Source: a virus
IMG/VR virus record: IMGVR_UViG_3300022562_000354
Location: 32,001-96,000 of that record
Length of the DNA: 64,000 nucleotides
Direction: 5' to 3' (one strand)
Under the pieces are notes generated by a model, which was not told the DNA's origin, searched no databases, and saw only the letters and a list, made by a program, of their open reading frames with translations. Every line of letters starts with the position of its first letter. Position 1 is the first letter of the stretch. Made by a program: the position numbers and the translations under genes. This document shows positions 7,858-15,500 of the stretch, piece by piece.

Positions 7858-8037
7858 TCAGCCGCCGCTGTTGACTTCGTGGACCGTGGGGCAATCCCCA
7901 TCGGGGATGTGCTCATCCGAGATGGTTCGCCCCAACTGCTGGGTGACCCTCGTGATTTCGTTGCAGTCGTGCTCCTGACGGTTGAGCACTTCCACAACCT
8001 TCTTCCCGTCCGTCTTGAATGAGACCTTGTAAAGCAT
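7858..8037 (-). CDS. DUF2997-like small protein (59 aa; missed by ORF track)
   Basis: MLYKVSFKTDGKKVVEVLNRQEHDCNEITRVTQQLGRTISDEHIPDGDCPTVHEVNSGG*. Has DG.V..EV.....C...T....LG; AAGGAAAGG RBS. Confidence 0.78.
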   Translation of the reverse strand: MLYKVSFKTDGKKVVEVLNRQEHDCNEITRVTQQLGRTISDEHIPDGDCPTVHEVNSGG

Positions 8038-8064
8038 CGTCGCGCCTTTCCTTGAGGGGCCTAC

Positions 8065-8733
8065 TCACTCTACACCGTTTCCACCTAGACGAACAGTAGC
8101 GCCACGTTTTACTACGACAACGCCTTGTTCTGTTTTTCGAGGCGGCTCGGGAGCGGCCCATGGGTCTTTGGGTGCCGTAGCGGGTTTTCCCGGCAACATT
8201 CGCCCACTTTGCTTGGGGGTGTTCATCTGAAGCAAGTCTGGGGACAACTTCGTCGTCGTAGCTTTCACCATAGGTTTGGTTGAAGCGGCGACGGGTTGTG
8301 GAGCCGGCTCGGGTGATTCTGGTACCTTGAGGGGCTCCTCGGGGATGGGAACAGGGGCGGGTTCCGTCTCCGGGATGGGCTCTTCCTCCTCTACGGCGGG
8401 GGGAGGCTCGCTATCTTGCGGCACCGGGTCCGGTTCTGCAAGGTCTCTTGGGTCCAACCATGCCGAGGGCGTCCCGATCGCCTGGACTGGAGGGTTGAAC
8501 ATCTTGAACTGTTTGGCTTGAATCTCACGGATCCTCGGGTCCGTAGGGTCCATTCTAGGTACCTTCGAGAAGAGGCGCTCCTCCCAGGTGGCGACCCGTT
8601 GGTCGAACTTGGTGGTACCATGCGCAGATCGGGTGCATTCCGGTTGAACGCAGCGAACGCAGAACGCCAACCGGAAGTCCTCAACCGGGACCTGTTGGTC
8701 GTTACATTCGCGGAGATAGTCCAGCCGTCGCAT
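8065..8733 (-). CDS. Hypothetical protein with an N-terminal Cys cluster and Pro/Glu-rich disordered tail
   Basis: 222 aa; EC...FCVRCVQPEC, then long PE/PA tracts. Confidence 0.75.
   Translation of the reverse strand: MRRLDYLRECNDQQVPVEDFRLAFCVRCVQPECTRSAHGTTKFDQRVATWEERLFSKVPRMDPTDPRIREIQAKQFKMFNPPVQAIGTPSAWLDPRDLAEPDPVPQDSEPPPAVEEEEPIPETEPAPVPIPEEPLKVPESPEPAPQPVAASTKPMVKATTTKLSPDLLQMNTPKQSGRMLPGKPATAPKDPWAAPEPPRKTEQGVVVVKRGATVRLGGNGVE
8071..8077 (-). promoter_or_regulatory. CGGTGTA motif upstream of the DUF2997-like gene
   Basis: Exact copy, 33 nt before ATG 8037, inside the 3' end of the upstream gene. Confidence 0.55.
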
Positions 8734-8758
8734 CTATCTTCTCGATCCCATAAGGACA

Positions 8759-11700
8759 CTAGAGGTTGTGGTCACGCATCCGACGCGCAAACTCATCCGG
8801 GTTGACCAAGAACCCTTCGCTTGGATCGATGAGGGTTTCATTGGAGATAGCGCAGATCAAATGTAGGGCTTTGCAGTCCCCATTGTCCATCGTGTTGACC
8901 AGAACACTCAGGACTTGGCGGGCGGATTGCTCTGAGAGCACGGGGAGTTGGTAGGTGAAGACTTCCCCCTTGACCACTACGTGCCCATTGGAGCCGTTTG
9001 GCTTGGCCACCGGGGGTGGCGGTGGAGTCGAAGGTACCGGAGTGGCTTGTGTCGGAGTGGCTTGTGCCGGAGTGGGGGCCGGGGATGGAGTCGCTACCGG
9101 CGCTTGAGGTTGAGCTGTGGGGGGCTTCGGAGCCTGAGTCGGAGCTGCTGTCTTGGAACCCCCAGTCGGGAACGGCTGCGCCAACCACTCGGCGAGACCA
9201 TCGGGCTGCGGCAGGTAGTCCGGGAAGATGACCCCTTCGAGCCACTGAGGTACCTTCGTGTAGACGCGGTCGCCGACCCGGATCTGGCTGTCCTTGAGCG
9301 GCTTGTCGCCTTCCTTCGGGGGCTTGTGCTCCCCCCGCATGACCTTGTGGTAGTCGATCTTGCAGTCCCAAGTCGTGTCGATGAGAGGCTCCACCTCAAG
9401 CGGTACCTCCCACTTCACGAGCCGACCAGGGAGCGTCATCAAAGCCTCGATGACGTGCATCGCCTTCTGGAAGAAGCCGGCCTCCACGCCCTCATGGCGG
9501 ATCTCGAAGACGATTTCGTCGTGAACCGTCATAAGCATCCGGATGAGATCCGCCTGGATCCACCCGAGCTTGTAGAACTCCTTGTGAAGTAGAACGAGCG
9601 CCATCTTCATGATGTCGGCGCCCGCCCCTTGGATCGGGTAGTTGATGGACCAACGCTCCGCCGCCGCGATGAGGGGCTTGTTCGGCGACCCGTCCGGGAG
9701 CTGCGAGTCGATCTCGGGGATGTAGATCCAACGGCCGAAAGGGGTCTTGATACCCTTCTTGGCCTTGACGAACGCCTTTTGCCCCTTCACCCACTGGGCG
9801 AAGACCGGCATCGCCTTGTCGAAGTTGGACTTCCTCCGAGCGCCTTCCTGCTGGCTGCACCCGGTCGCTCGCATGATGGCTTGAGCCCCGCCACCGTAAA
9901 CGAGCGAAAAGTTGGCGATTTTGCCTTGTTGTCGCTCTTGCTTCGTGATCTCCTGCTTGTTGAAGAACGCACGAGCCGTGATGCTGTGTAGGTCGCCTGT
10001 CCCCTCTTTGAACTCCTTGATCCACACGGGCTCTTTGGAGAGGTTGGTGACGATGCGAAGCTCCTCACCCGCGAAGTCGACCTTCGCCATCGTGTAGCCA
10101 GGTCGAGCCTTGAACGCTTGGCGGAGAGCTGTGGCGACCTTCGGCTTCTTCTCGTCGTAAGTACCGGGGATCCCGTGAGGTGGGAACCCGCAGAAGCCGT
10201 GCTCAGGCTTCCCAGCGGGAGCACTGATACGACCCGTAGCTGCTCCGTGCTGTTTGAACTGGATGCGAGCCTCATCGTTGGCATCGCAGTTCTTGGTCAT
10301 GCTTTCGAGGTAGGTCCCGATGACCTTCTCGACTTGCCGGTACTTGACGATGGTGAGGAGAACCGGGTTGACGTTGCTACCCTCGACGAGCCCCTCCAAG
10401 GTGTCCGCGTCCGTCTTGTGCCACCCAGACTTCTCGTTCACCTCGGGCTTCGGGGTGATGTTGAGACCGTTGGGGCTTGAGAAGAGAAACTCCGACAACT
10501 GCTGGGGAGACTGGGGGTCGAAGTTGTTGAAGCCGTGTTGCTCCGCCAACGTCACGATTTGGTAGCGGTACCCCTCGGCCTCCTTCTTGGCCGTCTCAAA
10601 CAACCCCTTCACATAAGGCAAGTCGAGAAACACCCGGTGCCGTTCCATGCCCCGAAGCGCCTGCGCCGCCTGCTTTTCAAGGCGGTACGTGTTGGCGTAC
10701 ATGGGGTCACGCACCATGGCCGCCATGACCGGGTTGTCACAGTGCATGAAGGTGCAGATGGCATCCGAGCACCCGTAACGTAGACCCTCCTCGGGGTGCA
10801 GTTCCGCAAACCGAATCTCACGTCGTTTACCGCTGGACGAGACGAACAGCTCTTTCAGCTCGATCATCTCGTAGGGGATCTCCATCCCCTTCTCGTCTTT
10901 GACGCGGTTCCCGTCGACCGTGACGAACAACTGTTTCGCCGACTTGGACTTGAGGTCGAGGTTCTTGTCGTTCGTGTACCGGCAGTAGTAGAGGAGCATC
11001 GCGTCCTCGAACGACTCCGGGTGCCACCAATCGATCCCCGTGACCGGGTATAGCATCTCTTGATCGTACTTCGCGTTCCAGAAGTACAACTTGACCTTGC
11101 CGGGCTCCTTGATCAGCGGACTGCTGAGAGGGTCTTGAACCAGACCCTCATCCGTGAGGACCGGCTGCGCTGCGAGGCAAAGCCGTTGAATAGCCTTGCC
11201 GGCTGCCACTACATCGAGGTTCGGTGAGTCCTCGGCCGTGTGGCGGACAGGAACGTAGTAGCCCGTCTGCCCGTCTGGGCTGAGGCAGTAGCCGACGATC
11301 TTGTGGACCGTCTGAGGGATGCGCTCGGGTGTCGGACCGTCCCAATACTCCTCGAATGCCCCTTTGATTTCCTCGGGCTTCTTCCAGTAGATGCGCGTAT
11401 CGAGCCCGTGTGTCTCCAGGTCGAGGGCGCACTTTCCGGTGATTAGGGCCTTTTCGATGACTTCGTAGAGCTGCTCGATGGTCTTGACGAGGACGAAGTC
11501 GTGGTACCGCATCCACGGCTTGGTGATATCGGGCACCTCTCGCTGTTGCTTGAGCCCCATGTCCGCCATGAAGCTGAGAGGATCGTCGTCCCCGTCTATG
11601 GCGCTAACCGCTGGGGCGGTCGGTGCATCGGGTAGGTCGATTTCGAGGTCACCTCCGGGATCAGGCGCCTCCTCAACCTTGGCCAGACCTACAAGCATAT

Positions 11701-11848
11701 CGAGGGGATCGTCGTCCTCCTCCTCCTCAACAACGGGGGGAGGAGGCAGGATTTCCTCGATAGGCACGGGGAAAATGCCGTCCTCCCGGATCCACTCGTG
11801 GAGCCGGAACAGTTCCCCCAAGGACACGAAATCGCTATTGTTCGGCAT
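8759..11848 (-). CDS. polA: Family A DNA polymerase with 3'-5' exonuclease
   Basis: ExoI ALDLETHG, ExoII NAKYD, ExoIII YGCSDA; ATGRIS; motif A VDFAGEELR; motif B RQQGKIANFSLVYG; NYPIQGAGADIMK; motif C VHDEIVFE. Likely start is ATG 11848 (MPNNSDF), not 11929. Confidence 0.96.
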   Translation of the reverse strand: MPNNSDFVSLGELFRLHEWIREDGIFPVPIEEILPPPPVVEEEEDDDPLDMLVGLAKVEEAPDPGGDLEIDLPDAPTAPAVSAIDGDDDPLSFMADMGLKQQREVPDITKPWMRYHDFVLVKTIEQLYEVIEKALITGKCALDLETHGLDTRIYWKKPEEIKGAFEEYWDGPTPERIPQTVHKIVGYCLSPDGQTGYYVPVRHTAEDSPNLDVVAAGKAIQRLCLAAQPVLTDEGLVQDPLSSPLIKEPGKVKLYFWNAKYDQEMLYPVTGIDWWHPESFEDAMLLYYCRYTNDKNLDLKSKSAKQLFVTVDGNRVKDEKGMEIPYEMIELKELFVSSSGKRREIRFAELHPEEGLRYGCSDAICTFMHCDNPVMAAMVRDPMYANTYRLEKQAAQALRGMERHRVFLDLPYVKGLFETAKKEAEGYRYQIVTLAEQHGFNNFDPQSPQQLSEFLFSSPNGLNITPKPEVNEKSGWHKTDADTLEGLVEGSNVNPVLLTIVKYRQVEKVIGTYLESMTKNCDANDEARIQFKQHGAATGRISAPAGKPEHGFCGFPPHGIPGTYDEKKPKVATALRQAFKARPGYTMAKVDFAGEELRIVTNLSKEPVWIKEFKEGTGDLHSITARAFFNKQEITKQERQQGKIANFSLVYGGGAQAIMRATGCSQQEGARRKSNFDKAMPVFAQWVKGQKAFVKAKKGIKTPFGRWIYIPEIDSQLPDGSPNKPLIAAAERWSINYPIQGAGADIMKMALVLLHKEFYKLGWIQADLIRMLMTVHDEIVFEIRHEGVEAGFFQKAMHVIEALMTLPGRLVKWEVPLEVEPLIDTTWDCKIDYHKVMRGEHKPPKEGDKPLKDSQIRVGDRVYTKVPQWLEGVIFPDYLPQPDGLAEWLAQPFPTGGSKTAAPTQAPKPPTAQPQAPVATPSPAPTPAQATPTQATPVPSTPPPPPVAKPNGSNGHVVVKGEVFTYQLPVLSEQSARQVLSVLVNTMDNGDCKALHLICAISNETLIDPSEGFLVNPDEFARRMRDHNL
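9038..9075. repeat. 15-nt tandem repeat, 2.5 copies, in the polymerase Pro-rich linker
   Basis: CGGAGTGGCTTGTGT-CGGAGTGGCTTGTGC-CGGAGTGG, encoding TPAQA-TPTQA-TP. Confidence 0.8.
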
Positions 11849-12269
11849 CGACCACCACGACTGTATACACCCCCTCACGCCAGAACTTGACCAGCTCCGC
11901 GATGAGCCGACGAGCATTGGGGTCTTCAATCCCAGATGGCTCGAAGCACCAAGGCATCTTGGAGTGCAGAGGTACGCACTCTTTCGGCCGATAGAAAGGA
12001 CATGGATCCCGCCGCTCGCACACCCGGTTGCCCACAGGGAGCTTCCGGAGGGCTCCCTCGGGTGGGATGCCGAGCGCCTTCACCAAGGGGGAGGACCAGC
12101 CGGCGAGAGCGTGGTCCATCACCGCCTTGTCTACGACCGTAAGCAGGTTGGTTGCCTCCAACCCCTGAGCCGGTACCCACGTCTCTTCCCAACGTTGGCC
12201 GTACTGATAGATGAGGTACAGCTCAAGGTCCCCCATCTCCGCCGTCTTGACCTTGAGTCGTCTAGGCAC
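11835..12269 (-). CDS. Hypothetical protein with a four-Cys cluster
   Basis: 144 aa; C-x5-C-x7-C-x9-C. Overlaps both neighbours. Confidence 0.75.
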   Translation of the reverse strand: MPRRLKVKTAEMGDLELYLIYQYGQRWEETWVPAQGLEATNLLTVVDKAVMDHALAGWSSPLVKALGIPPEGALRKLPVGNRVCERRDPCPFYRPKECVPLHSKMPWCFEPSGIEDPNARRLIAELVKFWREGVYTVVVVDAEQ

Positions 12270-12912
12270 CCCGGATCTTCTCCCCGATCTTGTCGAGGAT
12301 GAGCCGAGCCCTCTTGTCCGCCTCCTCGGGGTCGATCGTCCGGTTCGTGACGTTGAAGTGGAGCCCGTCGAGCAACTTCCCCACCGTCAAAAAACCCCGC
12401 ATATCGAAGTCAGACTTGGCTTGCCGCAAGCGGCTTTCACACACACGGAGGAGAGAAATTACGGCCTCTTCCTCCTCCGTAGGACCCGCTCGTCTCCGTG
12501 AAGACCAATCGACCTGCGGCCCCTCTGGGGTGATGATGCCAAACGCCTTCTCCAAACCGAGCAAGACAGCCGTAAATCGGGCATCCGTCTCGTTGTTGAA
12601 CTTCTTCCAAAGGGCGAAGATGTCCCACCGCTCTTGGCACACGAAGCACCAAACGTGAGACGCCGAGCGGGCACTCTCCGGATAGACGCGGGCAGAGGGG
12701 TCCGTGTCTCGTCCATGGAAGGGACACGAGATTTGCTCCTCCGCCTCCGAACCCCCATAACGAAGGTCTACCCCGAAGCGTCGAAGCACGTCATGAGCGG
12801 AAACGTTGGACTTCAGAGTGTCCGTGCGTTGACGCACCCACTCACGGTACTGCTCGTTACGCTCTGCATCACGTAGGGCGTCCTTGTAGTTCTCGCCGAA
12901 GTCGCGGGCCAT
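12262..12912 (-). CDS. Stand-alone CHC2 primase-type zinc-finger protein
   Basis: CPFHGRDTDPSARVY...WCFVCQERWDIFAL matches the DnaG zinc-binding domain; no TOPRIM domain follows. Confidence 0.88.
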   Translation of the reverse strand: MARDFGENYKDALRDAERNEQYREWVRQRTDTLKSNVSAHDVLRRFGVDLRYGGSEAEEQISCPFHGRDTDPSARVYPESARSASHVWCFVCQERWDIFALWKKFNNETDARFTAVLLGLEKAFGIITPEGPQVDWSSRRRAGPTEEEEAVISLLRVCESRLRQAKSDFDMRGFLTVGKLLDGLHFNVTNRTIDPEEADKRARLILDKIGEKIRGA

Positions 12913-13112
12913 CAAAGCTCCTCCGACTCCTCAACCACGGGGCTCCGGATGATCCGGCACTCACACGTCTCGTAAAGCGTAGAACCCCAGAAGACCCGAG
13001 TGTGATTGTCGTGAGGGTAGCCGGGAACGAGGTCCCCTTGCTGATGGACGACCCTCATCCCCGTACCCCCGCAAACGAAGCACTGGGTAGAGAACGTACA
13101 AGGGAGGTTCAC
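12912..13112 (-). CDS. Small Zn-ribbon protein (66 aa)
   Basis: GTG at 13112 overlaps the DnaB stop (GTGA); CFVCGGTG...TCEC. Confidence 0.65.
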   Translation of the reverse strand: MNLPCTFSTQCFVCGGTGMRVVHQQGDLVPGYPHDNHTRVFWGSTLYETCECRIIRSPVVEESEEL

Positions 13113-14590
13113 CCGAACATCCCTTGTACGGCCTTGTCGATCGAAAAGACAGAGGTGCGGTGGTCGTCGAGGCTCATACCCTTGTCCGACGTGGCCCCCG
13201 TGAGCTGGTCGTGGTTGAAGATGCGTCTCGTCTTCCAATCAACACCGGCCACGAAGTGAGGGAAAAACGGGCCGTCACGACGCTTCAGGCAGTCGAACAG
13301 CGTGGTACCCGCCGTCCGGTGCTCATCATTGAGGTACGTGGTCGTAACCACGTCGGCAGAACGCTCGGCTTCGTTGGCGTAGCTGAGCGCTCGGAGCTTG
13401 TAGCGACCTTCGTTCTTGTCCGCGTAGTCCTTGCCGTCACGGTTGATCTGGAAGAGCAACAAGACGGGGACCTTCTCGCCGTGATTGAAGTGAAGGGCCA
13501 GCTTTTTGGAGTCTCGGAGGACCGAGTTCAATTCGATCGTGTAGTCCTTACCGCGCTTCTTCTTGCGGGGCTCGACGAGTCCGCCGTGGTCGATGACGAG
13601 GAGGTGAACCTCGTTCTTCTGGTGCGACAGCTCGGCCGCCATCTTGATGTCGTCGGTCGTGACATCGTCGTCCGGGCTCCACACGTCGAACGAGCCGTAC
13701 TCCGGGTTGTTCACGAAGTCGTCGATGACGAGCTGGTAGAACTTCTCCTCTTCGGGGGTGAGCGTACCGGCGCAAATCCGGTCGTATTCGAGCGACTCGT
13801 AACCGAGGAGCTTGAACCTCGGGTTAGACGAGTGCATGGCGTAGATCATTGCCCGCACTTGCTCGTACGGCATCTCCAAGGTCACGTAGAAGACGTTGGA
13901 GCGGTACCGGGTCACGAGGTTGTAGGCCCAGTTGAGAGCGAAGCTGGTCTTCAACTCTCCGGTGAAGGCAGCGTGAAGCCAAAGCTCACCACGCTTGATG
14001 CCCCGGAGAACCTTGTCGATGTTGTTGAGGCCGCAGAACTTTCCCCAAGCGAGGCCCTTGTTGGCCTTGGCCTCTTGGTAGTTGTCCCAGACCTCTTGCC
14101 CATCCTCACGGATGTTGCCTTGGATCCGAGCGTTGTGCTGGTAGACGAGGAGCTTGTGGGCGTTCTGCGAGAAGTGAAGAACGCCATCCCGAAGACCTTG
14201 CTTCTTCTCTTGGCCGATGACCAGTCCCTTGGAGATGATCTCCTGCGACTCTTTGAGGATGGTGATCGCCTTGACCCGGTTCTGCTCCTCGACCGTGGTA
14301 GAGATCAGGTGGGCGTAGTTCGTACGGATGTACGGCTTTTGCCCCTCGTAGTCCTTGATACGCTCGACGACCTCTTGATCCCGCTTGGCCTCGAAGAAGT
14401 CTGCGAGGGTCTGCCTAGCTGGGATCTCCAGGCGTTGATGGAAGTAGTTGAGGACGAAGTCGTAGACCCGCTGGTCAGCCGGCTGCGTCCACTCAACATG
14501 GGAAGCGACGAGCTTCTGGAAGTTGGCGACGAGGTTCTCCTGAGAGACCCCACCATCCATGTCGATGACGGACCGTAGGAGGCCCTTCAT
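13109..14590 (-). CDS. dnaB: DnaB-like (SF4) replicative helicase
   Basis: GIKRGELWLHAAFTGELKTS (H1), YVTLEMP (H1a), LLVIDH (H2), FQINRDG (H3), AERSADVV, KRRDG (H4). Confidence 0.92.
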   Translation of the reverse strand: MKGLLRSVIDMDGGVSQENLVANFQKLVASHVEWTQPADQRVYDFVLNYFHQRLEIPARQTLADFFEAKRDQEVVERIKDYEGQKPYIRTNYAHLISTTVEEQNRVKAITILKESQEIISKGLVIGQEKKQGLRDGVLHFSQNAHKLLVYQHNARIQGNIREDGQEVWDNYQEAKANKGLAWGKFCGLNNIDKVLRGIKRGELWLHAAFTGELKTSFALNWAYNLVTRYRSNVFYVTLEMPYEQVRAMIYAMHSSNPRFKLLGYESLEYDRICAGTLTPEEEKFYQLVIDDFVNNPEYGSFDVWSPDDDVTTDDIKMAAELSHQKNEVHLLVIDHGGLVEPRKKKRGKDYTIELNSVLRDSKKLALHFNHGEKVPVLLLFQINRDGKDYADKNEGRYKLRALSYANEAERSADVVTTTYLNDEHRTAGTTLFDCLKRRDGPFFPHFVAGVDWKTRRIFNHDQLTGATSDKGMSLDDHRTSVFSIDKAVQGMFG

Positions 14591-15471
14591 ACTGGTCCGC
14601 CCCCCGACCGTCGCTTCTTGGGGTTGAACTTGGACCGCCCCCCGCCAAGCACGGGATCGAGAATTGGGTCCAGATCAACCTCCGGTTCAGGCTCCGGAGC
14701 CGCCCTCTTTGGGCGTTGCTTGGGTTCGGCTACAGCCACGGCCTTGGTGGTCTCGTCATCGACGGACAGCCCGACGTCATCGTCGGTAAGCCCTGGGCCG
14801 CCGCCTTCGATGGGGAAGACCTCAAAACGGTCACGGATGTAGTCGGCCACGTCCCGGCTCCACGTGTAGTGACCTTCCTCAAAGGGAGAATCGGGCTCCT
14901 CCACGAGCCACGTGGGTAGCCTCAACGCTTGCCGTACCATGAGGGCCTCTTTCAAGATGCCGCCCATGGCTTGGTTCTTCCACCCGAGGAACCCCAGCCG
15001 AATGATGGCGAGGGTGTGCATCGGGCCAATGAGGTCTTCGATCGTGTTGTAGGTGGCGATCTCATCCGCCCGTTGCTTCTTGCTGCGGGCTTGGTTCGAC
15101 TCCTTGCCGAACCAGACGTTGCGGAGCTTCTCGTCCGTCACGACCGTAAACGAGAAGCCCTCCAGACCCACCGTGTTGAACTTGCAGATGAACGTCCACT
15201 TGAAGTGGGAGAGTATGGCAGACCACCACCCCTTCAAGATGAGGTTGTTCTTCGTCCTGTCGATGACCGGGGGCTCCCCGTGCTCCACGGCCGGCTGGTA
15301 GAGCGGGCTCTCCTGTCCGAGCTTTGCCATGGCAATCTCAGGCCCCAGCCGAAGCACCACCCGCTTGTTGTAGACGCACACGCAGGACTGCATCCGGTCC
15401 GCCTCGACCTCGATGCGATGACCTAGCCCGTGGCAATGCGGGCAGTCGGGATCCGGTGTTACTGAAGCCAT
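14587..15471 (-). CDS. DnaC/IstB-like helicase-loader homologue with a degenerate P-loop
   Basis: N-terminal CPHCHGLG...CVC zinc finger; NNLILKG followed by WWSAIL instead of xxGxGKT; ILKEALMVRQALRLPTW. ATGA overlap with DnaB. Confidence 0.6.
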   Translation of the reverse strand: MASVTPDPDCPHCHGLGHRIEVEADRMQSCVCVYNKRVVLRLGPEIAMAKLGQESPLYQPAVEHGEPPVIDRTKNNLILKGWWSAILSHFKWTFICKFNTVGLEGFSFTVVTDEKLRNVWFGKESNQARSKKQRADEIATYNTIEDLIGPMHTLAIIRLGFLGWKNQAMGGILKEALMVRQALRLPTWLVEEPDSPFEEGHYTWSRDVADYIRDRFEVFPIEGGGPGLTDDDVGLSVDDETTKAVAVAEPKQRPKRAAPEPEPEVDLDPILDPVLGGGRSKFNPKKRRSGGGPV

Positions 15472-15482
15472 CCGGGAATGCT

Positions 15483-15489
15483 TACACCG
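15483..15489 (-). promoter_or_regulatory. CGGTGTA motif at the head of the replication operon
   Basis: Exact intergenic copy, 11 nt before ATG 15471. Confidence 0.65.
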
Positions 15490-15500
15490 ACACCAATTCC

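Noticed and set aside
13124-14578. 484-aa plus-strand ORF, and similar long antisense ORFs (16308-17405, 20651-22222, 33277-34587, 39156-40760, 51812-53020)
   Set aside because: They mirror well-supported minus-strand genes, have skewed V/L/R/G/D/E composition and no motifs; typical shadows of high-GC codon bias.
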